64,000 nucleotides of DNA from Oscillospiraceae bacterium (lineage in GTDB: Bacteria > Bacillota > Clostridia > Oscillospirales > CAG-382), in the NCBI GenBank assembly GCA_015063785.1, contig SVTM01000003.1:7285-71284 (forward strand), in the 5' to 3' direction. Positions 45,502 through 55,369 of this stretch are shown in pieces; within the stretch, counting starts at the first letter, position 1, and each line of letters begins with the position of its first letter. A model generated the notes under the pieces. That model saw nothing but the letters and a program-made list of their open reading frames with translations. It was not told the DNA's origin and did no database searches. A program made the position numbers and the translations under genes.

Positions 45502-46263
45502 TTATTTAAGGAAAGTTTTTCTGATATAGTCGGCACTCATAAACACGTGCTTTTCGTTTTCGGGGCCGGGGCCTTCTTCAACCACAAGCCACTGGTGATC
45601 GCCGGATGCCGCAACAACGCCGGGAATATCAACGATACCCGAACCTACTGCCGTGTCATCGGCGGTATCGGGGCCTGTGAGCTTTTCGATATCACGCATG
45701 TGCAGCACGGGAACTCTGCCGCAATATTTCTTTGCAAATGCCACGGGGTCTTCTCTTGCAATAACGATATGTCTGGGGTCAAGCTCCCAGAAAACGTTTT
45801 CGGGATCACAATTTTCGAGAAGGATGTCGATGATGTATTCGCCGTCAAACTTTTCAAATTCGTGGCGGTGGTTGTGATAGCCAAAGATTATTCCGCTGTC
45901 GTTGAACATCTTGCCGTATTCGTTGATCTGCTTTGCAAAGGTAAGCCATTCCTCTCGGGTCTTGCCGCCGAAGGAAGGAATAACAACGCTCTGGGCACCG
46001 ATCTTTTTGGCATCTTTTACTATTGCCATGGGATCCTTGTGAAGATCCTCAAGGCTCATGCTGCCCCAACCGAGATGGATACCTGCGGTGACGAGGTTGT
46101 TCTTCTTGAGTTCTTCGTTAACTTCGTCCATAGTAAGGCCATGGAATCCGGCAAATTCAACTCCGTCATAACCTGCATCTGCAGCTATCTTCATAACCTT
46201 GCGAAGGCCGTCCTCTGTGTTCATAATATCGATAAGCGAGAAAAGCTGTAATCCGAGTTTCAT
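45502..46263 (-). CDS. sugar phosphate isomerase/epimerase (xylose isomerase-like TIM barrel)
   Basis: 253 aa. MKLGLQLFSL...GYDGVEFAGFHG... is the typical AP_endonuc_2/TIM-barrel pattern. Confidence 0.8.
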   Translation of the reverse strand: MKLGLQLFSLIDIMNTEDGLRKVMKIAADAGYDGVEFAGFHGLTMDEVNEELKKNNLVTAGIHLGWGSMSLEDLHKDPMAIVKDAKKIGAQSVVIPSFGGKTREEWLTFAKQINEYGKMFNDSGIIFGYHNHRHEFEKFDGEYIIDILLENCDPENVFWELDPRHIVIAREDPVAFAKKYCGRVPVLHMRDIEKLTGPDTADDTAVGSGIVDIPGVVAASGDHQWLVVEEGPGPENEKHVFMSADYIRKTFLK

Positions 46264-46389
46264 TTTGTAACCTCCTGTCGTAAACCGACGTCAAATATAT
46301 TTATTCACAATTTAACATAGATTAGCACGAATTTCTTGTGATATACTTTTACAGTCTATGAAATATTTGAAAACTTTGCGGAGGAAAAC

Positions 46390-47634
46390 ATGAAAGACGG
46401 TAAAAACGCGGCATCTGCGACCAAAAAACAAAGAAGCATCGTCGTTATGTGCTGCATCGTCTATTTTATCAGCTACATAACCCGAAAAAACTATGCTGCG
46501 ATCATCGTTGAATTTGTCAACGACACCGGTATTGCAATCGACAGCGCATCGCTTGCCCTTGCAGGTCATGCCATATTTTACGGAGTTGGTCAGCTGTTAA
46601 GCGGATATCTTGGCGACAAAATAAGTCCCAAGCTTCTTATCGCCTGCGGACTTTTCACCACAGCTCTTATGAATATTTTTCTTCCTCTTTGCTCAGGGGT
46701 TGCGCTCCTCACCGCGGTTTGGTGTGTAAACGGACTTGCCCAGGCTATGATGTGGCCGCCCATTGTAAAAATCCTGTCGTCAACCTTTTCTTCGTCCGAC
46801 GAGTACAAAAAAGCCACCGTCAAGATCAGCAACAGTTCGATGATAGCAACAGTGCTTCTCTATCTGCTATCCCCCGTGTGCATAACCTATTCGGGATGGC
46901 AGATAATCTTCTACGTGGCAGGCGCGCTTGCCGCTGTCATGGCTTTTGTTGTTTTGCTCCTTATGCCCGAGGTCAGTGACGAAACAGACGCCCGGCCTCA
47001 AAAAACAGATACCGAAAACAAAGCTCAGACAAGTCTTGGAATAAAATTCCCTTTCGTACTCTTTGGGCTCATAATGATCGCCATCGTGCTTCAGGGCATG
47101 ATGCGTGACGGAGTTGCAGACTGGCTTCCCACGTATCTTGAAAACGAGTTTGCCATATCCTCGCAGGTCGCCATTCTCCTTGGTGTTGCACCCCCGATAT
47201 TTGCCATGCTGTGCTTTGAGCTCGTTTCTTTTCTCAGCCGAAAGGTCGTGAAAAACGAAATGACCTTTGCCGGAGTGATATTTGCAGTAAGCTTCGTTTC
47301 GTCCTGCGCCCTTGCGGCATTTTCATCGTCGAGCGTTGCTCTTTCCACGATTCTTTCAACTCTCGTCACCGGCAGTATGCACGGTGTAAATCTCATTCTC
47401 ATCTGCCTTATCCCCCCGTATTTCAAAAAAACGGGCAGGGTATCGCTGATATCGGGAATTCTTAATTCCTGCACTTATATCGGCAGCGCCCTGTCGGGCT
47501 ACGGTTTTGCCGTACTCGCCAAGCTTTTCGGCTGGCGCGGAACAATCATCGGCTGGGCGATAATCTGCGGAATTGCCACAATCATCTGTCTTGCCCTTGT
47601 GAAAAAGTGGCAGAGTTTTAAAAGCTGCACTTGA
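46390..47634 (+). CDS. MFS transporter
   Basis: 414 aa with about 12 hydrophobic segments. GYLGDKISPK is an MFS loop 2-3 type motif. Confidence 0.8.
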   Translation: MKDGKNAASATKKQRSIVVMCCIVYFISYITRKNYAAIIVEFVNDTGIAIDSASLALAGHAIFYGVGQLLSGYLGDKISPKLLIACGLFTTALMNIFLPLCSGVALLTAVWCVNGLAQAMMWPPIVKILSSTFSSSDEYKKATVKISNSSMIATVLLYLLSPVCITYSGWQIIFYVAGALAAVMAFVVLLLMPEVSDETDARPQKTDTENKAQTSLGIKFPFVLFGLIMIAIVLQGMMRDGVADWLPTYLENEFAISSQVAILLGVAPPIFAMLCFELVSFLSRKVVKNEMTFAGVIFAVSFVSSCALAAFSSSSVALSTILSTLVTGSMHGVNLILICLIPPYFKKTGRVSLISGILNSCTYIGSALSGYGFAVLAKLFGWRGTIIGWAIICGIATIICLALVKKWQSFKSCT

Positions 47635-47676
47635 TTAACAAATAGTAAACAAATGGTAACCTAATTGAAAAGTTTG

Positions 47677-47690
47677 CGAACATCCGTTTA
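47677..47690 (+). promoter_or_regulatory. candidate LexA (SOS/Cheo-type) box
   Basis: CGAACATCCGTTTA resembles CGAAC-N4-GTTCG (imperfect right arm). It lies 87 nt upstream of the lexA ATG. Confidence 0.45.
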
Positions 47691-47776
47691 CAAACAAATG
47701 TTTTTGTGATAGAATACTATCGTAACATATCATATCTGCACCCCCGTGCAGGTATCTTACGGAAAGAGGAATTATT

Positions 47777-48391
47777 ATGGCAGAATTGAAACCGAAAGAA
47801 CAAAGAGTTCTCGACTTCATCCGCGAATCCATTGCAAAAGAGGGTTTTGCCCCTTCGGTGCGCGATGTCTGCGCCGCTTTGAATATAAAGTCCACCTCCA
47901 CAGTCCACCTTTATCTTCGCCACCTTGAAGAAAAAGGATATATCGACCGCTGTGACGGAAAAAGCCGCGCCATCCGCGTAAGCTCGGCGGATGTTGTTGC
48001 AAACACAGGCGAGCACAGCTACAAAGTGCCCATTCTCGGCCAGGTTGCTGCAGGTGTGCCGATTCTCACCATCGAAAATTTCGACGGTTACCTTGATTAC
48101 ACCACCATGAAAAAATACGAAAACGATTCGCTCTTTGCCCTGCGCATCCGCGGCACCAGCATGATCGAAGCAGGCATTCTCGACGGCGATTATGTCGTTG
48201 TCGAGCAGCGTCCCTATGCCGACAACGGAGATATCGTCGTTGCCATGATCGACGAAGAAGCCACCGTAAAGCGCTTTTTCAAAGAAAAGGGCAGATATCG
48301 TCTGCAGCCCGAAAATTCGATGATGGAACCCATTATCACCGACGAAGTGTCGATTCTCGGCAAGGTAGTCGCAAGTATCCGCTATTATTAA
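47777..48391 (+). CDS. lexA: LexA repressor
   Basis: 204 aa. N-terminal wHTH (VRDVCAALNIKSTSTVHLYLRHLEEKGYI) and an S24 peptidase domain with GTSM and VKR catalytic Ser/Lys contexts. Confidence 0.9.
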   Translation: MAELKPKEQRVLDFIRESIAKEGFAPSVRDVCAALNIKSTSTVHLYLRHLEEKGYIDRCDGKSRAIRVSSADVVANTGEHSYKVPILGQVAAGVPILTIENFDGYLDYTTMKKYENDSLFALRIRGTSMIEAGILDGDYVVVEQRPYADNGDIVVAMIDEEATVKRFFKEKGRYRLQPENSMMEPIITDEVSILGKVVASIRYY

Positions 48392-48397
48392 AACACG

Positions 48398-48439
48398 TCC
48401 CGCAGACTTTCAAAGTTTTGGTCTGCGGGATATTTTTTT
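48398..48439 (+). terminator. intrinsic terminator after lexA
   Basis: Stem TCCCGCAGAC / GTCTGCGGGA with a 13-nt loop, then TATTTTTTT. The lgt RBS follows directly. Confidence 0.7.
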
Positions 48440-48449
48440 GGAGTTTTTT

Positions 48450-49220
48450 ATGAAGCCTTTCATTGGTATTTTCGGCATAACCCTGCCTACCTACGGCGTT
48501 ATGGTGTCGGCAGGCTTTGTCGCGGCGCTTGCATTTGTTTTTGCCGTCTGCATGAGGCGGCGTTTTGAGGTGCATAAATATATCATCACCGTATGTCTTG
48601 CTGTGTTGGCAGGACTTTTTGGTGCAAAGCTTTTGTCAATATTCACCCTTTATTCTCCGCGCCGCATTGCACAACTTTTGCTTTCCGATCCGCTGCGGCT
48701 TGTGACAGACAGCGGTCTGGTTTTTTACGGCGGCGTCATTTCGGGGATTCCTGCGGCGTACCTTGCAGCAAAACTTTTGAAAACAAAAATTTCGGAATGT
48801 GAAGCGGCTCTTGTCCCTGCCATCCCCCTGGGGCACGCTTTCGGACGGTTGGGGTGCTTTTTTGCAGGGTGTTGTTACGGATTCGAATGTAAAAATTTCG
48901 GAGTGGTCTACGTCGATCCCGAATGTTTTGCACCGACGGGAATAAGGCTTTTTCCAATACAGCTTTTTGAGGCAGCTTTTGACATTTTTCTGTTTGCCCT
49001 GCTCGTTTTTCTTATTTTCCGCAAAAACAGAGAGTACCTTGCCCTTCCTATATATTTTGCAAGCTATTCTTTGTGGCGCTTCTTAGCAGAATTTTTGCGA
49101 GGAGATGAGATCCGTGGAAAGCTCGGATTCTTTTCCGTTTCCCAGTGGATAAGCCTTGCTTTTTTCTGCGCCGCAATAATTCTTTTTGTATTGCGCACAA
49201 AAAAGCAAAAACACAATTGA
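48450..49220 (+). CDS. lgt: prolipoprotein diacylglyceryl transferase
   Basis: Contains GRLGCFFAGCCYG signature and multiple TM segments. ATG 48450 is preferred (GGAG RBS); the track start is 48438. Confidence 0.9.
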   Translation: MKPFIGIFGITLPTYGVMVSAGFVAALAFVFAVCMRRRFEVHKYIITVCLAVLAGLFGAKLLSIFTLYSPRRIAQLLLSDPLRLVTDSGLVFYGGVISGIPAAYLAAKLLKTKISECEAALVPAIPLGHAFGRLGCFFAGCCYGFECKNFGVVYVDPECFAPTGIRLFPIQLFEAAFDIFLFALLVFLIFRKNREYLALPIYFASYSLWRFLAEFLRGDEIRGKLGFFSVSQWISLAFFCAAIILFVLRTKKQKHN

Positions 49221-49304
49221 CATACCGAAAAATACATAATATAATATATGTATAATTCGGCTCTGCCGAATATCACAATTTCAGATAATGACAAGGAGAA
49301 AGAC

Positions 49305-51095
49305 ATGAAAAGACTTATTTCCTTCGCAACCGCTCTCTTTATCTGCCTGTCACTGGCGGCGTGCGCAAAAGACACCGCAGACGAGGTGAACAACGAGAAC
49401 GAGGTCAGCGAAAACGAAATCGTGAACGAAAACGAAGAAAACAAAGAAAGCGACGTCGAGGAAGGCGAAAAAGCTCCCGTTGAGGATGAAAAAGACGACG
49501 AAAAACAGCCCGAAGACGGCGACACGCCCGTTTCGAGCGAAACCCCCGACGAGGATATAACCCGCGACGAAGAAGTTGAGGCTGAACCCGAAGAACCTGC
49601 AGAGCCTGAAAAGCCTGCAGAACCTGAAAAGCCTGCTGAACCTGAAAAACCTGCAGAACCTGAAAAGCCTGCTGAACCTGAAAAACCTGCAGAACCCGAA
49701 AAGCCTGCTGAGCCTGAAAAGCCTGCTGAACCTGAAAAACCTGCTGAGCCCGAAACACCTGCTGAGCCCGAAAAGCCTGCAGAGCCTGAAAAACCTGCAG
49801 AACCTGAAAAACCTGCAGAACCCGAAACTCCTGCAGAACCCGAAACTCCTGCTGAACCTGAAACACCCACAGAACCCGAAACTCCTGCTGAGCCTGAAAC
49901 ACCCACAGAACCCGAAACACCGGAGGAAAATCCAACCATGGCAACTATGAGAACAGAATTTAACGAATACAACAACTACCGCAAGCCCCTCACCCATACA
50001 TACAAGAAGCTCACCGAAGACAAAGAACTGACCGTCGTTTATTTTGGCGGCTCTGTAACCGCAGGCTACGGCTCGTCCGACCCTGCAAAATATTCGTGGC
50101 GCGCTCTTATCGGCAAGTGGCTCGACGAGCAGTTCCCCGAAGCAGACATTGAACACATAAACCGCGCCGTCGGCGAATCGGGCACCTATCTCGGCACCCA
50201 CCGCGTTCAGATGGACGTAATCGGCCCCGAACCCGACCTTATTTTCCTTGAATATTCCATCAACGATAAATACTACGGCTCAACCTACGAAAAGGCGGCT
50301 TCCCAGTACGAAACCATCGTCCGTGAAGTCAAAAAAGCACTTCCCAAAACAGATATCGTGACTATTCTCGTCACAGACTCGGGTTGCTTCCTCACCAACA
50401 AGATGGGAAAGCTCCACACCCAGGCGCAGGCACACGAGGATATTGCACAACAGTACAACATTCCCACCCTGCACGTGGGCAGACTTCTCTCGAAGGTTGC
50501 AAATTATTCCAACGAAGAATGGAAACCCAAGTATGCCATTGATATCGTTCATCTGACAGACGAGGGCAACAAGGTATACTACGACTGTATCGAAGAGTTC
50601 ATGTACAACAGCCTCTTCTGTACCGATTATTCGAATCTTTCGGACGAGCCCGAGGCTCTTATTCCCGTTGTCAGCGAAACACTTTTTGACGGCAACAGAC
50701 AGCACATCCAGCCCAAAAAGGACGTGCTTACCGCATCCGAAGAAATGGGCGGTTGCGGCATATCCAGCAACCTCAACGCATATTCCGGAAGCAGCTATTC
50801 AAGAGGCACCTTCACCCTTGACAGCACAGACGATCTTCTCGTCTTCAAGTTCAACGGCACAGAGATCGCTCTGTGGTGTAACTACTACAAGGAAGACAGA
50901 TTCCTCATCTCGATCGACGACGGTGAATATTTCAAAAAACCAGGCTCCAGCCATGCACCTGCCATCCTTGCAGAAGATCTCGAACCCGGCGAACACGTCA
51001 TCCGCATCAAGATCGTTGATGCCGACAAGCCTTTGAAGATCGGCTCTATCTTCACCCGTGACGAATCGCTTGCCACAAAGAAGGGTGAAAACTGA
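49305..51095 (+). CDS. lipoprotein: Pro/Glu-rich tandem-repeat linker plus SGNH/GDSL-like hydrolase domain and a C-terminal beta-rich domain
   Basis: Lipoprotein signal MKRLISFATALFICLSLAAC (lipobox LAAC). 18 x PAEPEK/PAEPET repeats. SGNH blocks FGGSVTAG, SIND and DIVHLTDEG. AAGGAGA RBS. Confidence 0.85.
   Translation: MKRLISFATALFICLSLAACAKDTADEVNNENEVSENEIVNENEENKESDVEEGEKAPVEDEKDDEKQPEDGDTPVSSETPDEDITRDEEVEAEPEEPAEPEKPAEPEKPAEPEKPAEPEKPAEPEKPAEPEKPAEPEKPAEPEKPAEPETPAEPEKPAEPEKPAEPEKPAEPETPAEPETPAEPETPTEPETPAEPETPTEPETPEENPTMATMRTEFNEYNNYRKPLTHTYKKLTEDKELTVVYFGGSVTAGYGSSDPAKYSWRALIGKWLDEQFPEADIEHINRAVGESGTYLGTHRVQMDVIGPEPDLIFLEYSINDKYYGSTYEKAASQYETIVREVKKALPKTDIVTILVTDSGCFLTNKMGKLHTQAQAHEDIAQQYNIPTLHVGRLLSKVANYSNEEWKPKYAIDIVHLTDEGNKVYYDCIEEFMYNSLFCTDYSNLSDEPEALIPVVSETLFDGNRQHIQPKKDVLTASEEMGGCGISSNLNAYSGSSYSRGTFTLDSTDDLLVFKFNGTEIALWCNYYKEDRFLISIDDGEYFKKPGSSHAPAILAEDLEPGEHVIRIKIVDADKPLKIGSIFTRDESLATKKGEN
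49596..49919 (+). repeat. 18-nt coding tandem repeat, 18 units (PAEPEK / PAEPET / PTEPET)
   Basis: Units of CCT GCW GAR CCY GAA AAR/ACW were counted directly. They are in frame within the lipoprotein gene. Confidence 0.95.
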
Positions 51096-51547
51096 TGTAC
51101 AAACGCTTAATTGCGACAAAAGACTCTTCTCTTGACCCTTTTCAGAACATCGGAAAGATAACAGACGGCATCGCATTCCGCCAAAAAACCTCGTGGCTTG
51201 GCGGTTGTAATGAAAACGGGTTCAAAGCCATCTGCCTTTTGACTCAAAAAAAGTTCTCCCCGGCACAGATGTCTCTCGACGAACGTTTATGCGCGATGTT
51301 TTTTGACGAAGAATGCACTAAAAGCATAAATTTTCACCTTGAAAAAGAACCGCATGCAAACCGCTGTTTTGTGTTCGGCTTTTCCTGCACTGTTGACACC
51401 GATGCACAGTTTCATCTTCTGGTTCTGGATATTATCGAGTATATCGGCAAATGCCTCGGTTCAAAATTTTTCGTTGATGATGCCACCGGCTACCTCGAAC
51501 ACCGGTCAGAAGAACTGCTTGAAAAGTATATAAAGGAACACCGCTGA
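51095..51547 (+). CDS. hypothetical cytoplasmic protein
   Basis: 150-aa ORF with no TM segment or signal peptide. Its ATG overlaps the lipoprotein TGA by 1 nt. No family recognised. Confidence 0.6.
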   Translation: MYKRLIATKDSSLDPFQNIGKITDGIAFRQKTSWLGGCNENGFKAICLLTQKKFSPAQMSLDERLCAMFFDEECTKSINFHLEKEPHANRCFVFGFSCTVDTDAQFHLLVLDIIEYIGKCLGSKFFVDDATGYLEHRSEELLEKYIKEHR

Positions 51548-51557
51548 TCAAACTTAT

Positions 51558-51591
51558 AAAAAACAGGACTCACCGATGAGTCCTGTTTTTT
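51558..51591. terminator. bidirectional intrinsic terminator
   Basis: Stem AAAAACAGGACTCA / TGAGTCCTGTTTTT with loop CCGA, between convergent genes. Confidence 0.8.
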
Positions 51592-51595
51592 ATGT

Positions 51596-52759
51596 TTATA
51601 TCTGAAAAGCTTTTTTTACCTTTTCGAAGAAAGAAGATTTCTTCGAGCTGTTCTTTGCCTCGAGGCTTTCGTCAAACTGCTTTAAAAGATCCTTTTGCTT
51701 CTGCGAAAGATGCTTTGGTATTTCGACCGTTACAGTGAAATAAAGGGTTCCGAAACGCTCCTTGTCTGTCGAGCGCATACGCAGATGCTGGATACCCTTG
51801 TTCTTGATGGGAAAAGTTGTACCAGTCTGCGTACCCTCGGGGATCTCGTATTCGTAATCGCCCGTAAGGGTGGGGACGTGGATCTTTGCACCGAGAGCCG
51901 CCTCGGCGTAAGAGATGGGCACTTCGCAATAAATATCGTATCCGTCACGCTCAAATATCTCGTGCTCACGCACAGCCACCGTGATGAAAAGATCGCCGTA
52001 AGGTCCGCCGTTGCGGCCTGCGTGTCCGTATCCTTCGCGCTTGATGGTGCGGCCGTTGTCGATACCTGCGGGAATATTGACGTCTGCCTTCATGCTCTTT
52101 CTGACGTAACCCGAACCCGAGCATTCCTTGCAGGGGTTCTTTATGGTCTTGCCGCTTCCGCCGCAGGTAGAGCAGGCTCTTGTCTGCTGCATCACGCCAA
52201 AAGGAGTTCTGGTCTGAACGCGCACCTGTCCCGAGCCTTTACAAGCCGAGCAAGTCTCGGGCGACGTGCCCTTTTCGGCACCTGTACCGCCGCAACATTC
52301 GCATCTGTCGGTGCGGCTGTACGAAATGGATTTTTTGCAGCCGAAAGCCGCCTCTTCAAATCCGATGGTAACTCTGACTTCACAATCGGCACCGCGTGTG
52401 GGGGCGTTTCTTCTCTGCGATGATCCTCCGCCGCCAAAACCGCCGCCGAAAAAGCTTGAGAAAATGTCACCGATATCTCCGAAATCCGAACCAAATCCAC
52501 CAAAGCCTGCTCCGCCTGCGCCGAAATTCGGGTCGACGCCTGCGTGACCGAACTGATCATAGCGTGCTTTTTTGTCGCTGTCCGACAGAACTTCGTAGGC
52601 TTCGTTTACTTCCTTGAAATTCTTTTCGGCCTCGGCATCGCCGGGGTTTAGGTCGGGGTGATATTTCTTTGCAAGCTTTCGGAAGGCTTTTTTTATCTCG
52701 TCGTCGCTTGCGCCCTTTTGTATACCAAGGACTTCATAATAATCTCTTTTATCTGCCAT
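51596..52759 (-). CDS. dnaJ: molecular chaperone DnaJ
   Basis: 387 aa. J-domain with HPD (KKYHPDLNP), a G/F-rich region, and four CxxCxGxG zinc-finger repeats. Confidence 0.95.
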   Translation of the reverse strand: MADKRDYYEVLGIQKGASDDEIKKAFRKLAKKYHPDLNPGDAEAEKNFKEVNEAYEVLSDSDKKARYDQFGHAGVDPNFGAGGAGFGGFGSDFGDIGDIFSSFFGGGFGGGGSSQRRNAPTRGADCEVRVTIGFEEAAFGCKKSISYSRTDRCECCGGTGAEKGTSPETCSACKGSGQVRVQTRTPFGVMQQTRACSTCGGSGKTIKNPCKECSGSGYVRKSMKADVNIPAGIDNGRTIKREGYGHAGRNGGPYGDLFITVAVREHEIFERDGYDIYCEVPISYAEAALGAKIHVPTLTGDYEYEIPEGTQTGTTFPIKNKGIQHLRMRSTDKERFGTLYFTVTVEIPKHLSQKQKDLLKQFDESLEAKNSSKKSSFFEKVKKAFQI

Positions 52760-52862
52760 AAACTTACCTTGTGGTTAAAGTATTTTTTACCGTGTATGCC
52801 GAGAGAAGCCCTCGCTCCCCCCGGCATATACTTTCATTTTATTATATTCTCTTTGAGCAAAA

Positions 52863-54674
52863 TCAGTTTTTGTCCTCAAAGTCGGCGTTGATGGTGCCGT
52901 CATCGTTCTGTGTGCCTGCCTGTGCACCGTCTGCCGCCTGCTGAGCCTGCGCCTGCTGATAAAGCTTTTCGCTGATGGCATAGAATGCCTTGTTGAGTTC
53001 TTCGATGCCTGCCTTGATCTCTTCGGTGTTGCCGCCTGCAACCTTTGTCTTAAGGTTTTCTTTGGCCGTTTCGATGGATGCCTTTTCTTCGGGTGTAACC
53101 TTGTCGCCAAGCTCGGAAAGTGTCTTTTCGCACTGGAAGATAAGCGATTCTGCCTGGTTCTTTGTGTCAACAGCTTCCTTCTGCTTCTTGTCTTCCTCTG
53201 CAAACTTTTCGGCGTCCTTAACAGCCTTTTCGATGTCTTCCTTGGACATATTTGTCGAGGATGTGATGGTGATGTGCTGTTCCTTGCCGGTGCCCTTGTC
53301 TTTGGCAGTAACGTTTACGATACCATTGGCATCGATATCGAAGGTAACTTCGATCTGGGGAACTCCGCGGGGAGCTGCGGGAATGCCGTCGAGAACAAAT
53401 CTGCCGAGAGTTGTATTACCGGCCGCCATTTCGCGTTCGCCCTGGAGAACGTGCACTTCAACAGATGTCTGGCTGTCTGCCGCTGTCGAATAGATCTGGC
53501 TCTTCTTTACGGGGATTGTTGTGTTTCTGTCGATGATCTTGTTGAATACACCGCCGAGGGTCTCGATACCGAGCGAAAGGGGAGTTACGTCAAGAAGAAC
53601 AACGCCCTTAACATCCTGGCTGAAGATACCGCCCTGAACTGCCGCGCCGAGTGCTACGCATTCGTCGGGGTTAAGTCCCTTGGAGGGTTCCTTGCCGATA
53701 AAGTTCTTTACAGCTTCCTGAACTGCAGGGATTCTGGATGAACCACCGACAAGAAGCACCTTAGAGATATCGGAGGGGGAAAGTCCAGCGTCAGAAAGCG
53801 CCTGTCTTGTGGGAACCATAGTCTTTTGAACAAGATCTGCTGTGAGCTCGTCAAACTTCGCTCTCGAAATTGTCATATCAAGGTGCTTGGGGCCTGTGGC
53901 GTCAACTGCGATAAAGGGAAGGTTGACGTTTGTGCTTGTCATGCCCGAAAGCTCAATCTTTGCCTTTTCTGCGGCTTCCTTAAGTCTCTGAAGAGCCATC
54001 TTGTCAAGGCGGAGATCAATGCCTGTGTCTGCCTTGAAGCTGTCTGCCATATAATTCATAAGCTTATCGTCAAAGTCGTCGCCGCCGAGTCTGTTGTTGC
54101 CTGCGGTCGAAAGAACCTCGATAACGCCGTCATCGATTTCAAGAATCGAAACGTCAAAAGTACCGCCGCCAAGGTCGAATACCATGATCTTCTGAGCTTC
54201 CTTGTCCATGCCGTATGCAAGAGCTGCGGCGGTGGGCTCGTTGATGATTCTCTTTACTTCAAGACCTGCGATCTTACCTGCGTCCTTTGTTGCCTGGCGC
54301 TGTGCGTCGGTGAAGTAGGCAGGAACGGTGATAACTGCTTCTGTAACAGTTGTTCCGAGGTAGCTTTCGGCATCAGCCTTGAGCTTCTGAAGAATCATTG
54401 CGGAAATTTCCTGGGGAGTATACTTTTTGCCGTCGATCTCGACCTTCTTGTCTGTACCCATATCTCTCTTGATGGACATAACGGTCTTGTCGGGGTTTGT
54501 AACAGCCTGACGCTTTGCAATCTGGCCAACCATTCTTTCGTCACCCTTAAATGCAACGACCGAAGGTGTTGTTCTCGAGCCTTCTGCGTTTGCGATAACA
54601 ACGGGTTCGCCGCCTTCAAAAACCGCAACGCAAGAGTTTGTTGTACCAAGGTCAATACCAATAATCTTTCCCAT
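52863..54674 (-). CDS. dnaK: molecular chaperone DnaK (Hsp70)
   Basis: 603 aa. Contains [17 protein letters not shown] and other Hsp70 signatures. Confidence 0.97.
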   Translation of the reverse strand: MGKIIGIDLGTTNSCVAVFEGGEPVVIANAEGSRTTPSVVAFKGDERMVGQIAKRQAVTNPDKTVMSIKRDMGTDKKVEIDGKKYTPQEISAMILQKLKADAESYLGTTVTEAVITVPAYFTDAQRQATKDAGKIAGLEVKRIINEPTAAALAYGMDKEAQKIMVFDLGGGTFDVSILEIDDGVIEVLSTAGNNRLGGDDFDDKLMNYMADSFKADTGIDLRLDKMALQRLKEAAEKAKIELSGMTSTNVNLPFIAVDATGPKHLDMTISRAKFDELTADLVQKTMVPTRQALSDAGLSPSDISKVLLVGGSSRIPAVQEAVKNFIGKEPSKGLNPDECVALGAAVQGGIFSQDVKGVVLLDVTPLSLGIETLGGVFNKIIDRNTTIPVKKSQIYSTAADSQTSVEVHVLQGEREMAAGNTTLGRFVLDGIPAAPRGVPQIEVTFDIDANGIVNVTAKDKGTGKEQHITITSSTNMSKEDIEKAVKDAEKFAEEDKKQKEAVDTKNQAESLIFQCEKTLSELGDKVTPEEKASIETAKENLKTKVAGGNTEEIKAGIEELNKAFYAISEKLYQQAQAQQAADGAQAGTQNDDGTINADFEDKN

Positions 54675-54748
54675 AATAATAAATCCTCCTAATGATTGTC
54701 AAATAAAATATATATTAAAATCTGCCGAAAGCCTGAGCTTTCGAAAAA

Positions 54749-55369
54749 TCAGTTTGCAACCTTTACCATTGAGTATCTGATAACTTTGTTTGAAAGCTTG
54801 TATCCCTTCTGGAACACAGCCGTTATCTCGCTTTCGCCCTTTTCGGGGTCATCCTCACGCATTACTGCGTTGTGGATGTTGGGGTCAAAAGTCTCGCCAA
54901 GGGCAGGTATTTCCGAAACGCCGAGCTTTTCAAGTATCTCGCGGAAAGAGCGAAGAACAAGCTCAACCCCCTGCCTTATGGCAGAATCAGCATCGCTGTC
55001 GGTGCTGCAGACTGCGGCGTGTTCAAGATTGTCGAGCACGGGCAGGAATTTTTCAACCACTTCTGCAGTCGTGTCAGAATATATCTTGCTCTTTTCATCA
55101 GCGGTGCGTCGGCGGAAGTTTTCATATTCGGCAAGTACGCGAAGGTACATGTCCTTCTGTTCGGCAAGCTCTGACTTTTGCTTTTCGTTTTCGGCAATCA
55201 GGTCGGCAATAAGCTTTTTTGCCGCATCATCGGCCTTTTCTTTTTTCTTTTTTGTAGCCTTTTCGGGCTTTTCTCCGGCAGGCTTTTCTTTTTCCTGCGC
55301 AGTTACTGTGTCAGCGGCGGTTTCGATCTCTTCGTTTTCGAAATTTGCGCCGTTTTTTTCGTTATTCAT
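54749..55369 (-). CDS. grpE: nucleotide exchange factor GrpE
   Basis: 206 aa. Acidic/lysine-rich N-terminus followed by YLRVLAEYENFRRR, a core GrpE motif. Confidence 0.9.
   Translation of the reverse strand: MNNEKNGANFENEEIETAADTVTAQEKEKPAGEKPEKATKKKKEKADDAAKKLIADLIAENEKQKSELAEQKDMYLRVLAEYENFRRRTADEKSKIYSDTTAEVVEKFLPVLDNLEHAAVCSTDSDADSAIRQGVELVLRSFREILEKLGVSEIPALGETFDPNIHNAVMREDDPEKGESEITAVFQKGYKLSNKVIRYSMVKVAN

Noticed and set aside
45264-45536. 90-aa minus-strand ORF
   Set aside because: It spans a perfect 14-bp terminator hairpin and lies antisense to a small ORF with a good RBS. It would also overlap the end of the isomerase gene.
49596-49919. Possible CRISPR-like or noncoding tandem array
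   Set aside because: The units are contiguous 18-mers without spacers and stay in frame inside a gene, encoding a Pro/Glu linker. This is not a CRISPR array.
49064-49975. 303-aa minus-strand ORF with GVSGSAG/GFSGSAG repeats, plus 49350-50201 and 49405-49944
   Set aside because: These are reverse-strand readings of the 18-nt PAEPEK coding repeat. The plus-strand frame has an RBS, a lipoprotein signal peptide and a downstream SGNH domain, so the minus-strand ORFs are artefacts of the repeat.
52760-52862. Hairpin (TATGCCG...CGGCATA) between dnaK and dnaJ as an internal terminator
   Set aside because: The stem is short and no convincing T-run follows on the transcribed strand. It may modulate dnaJ expression, but I cannot support a terminator call.
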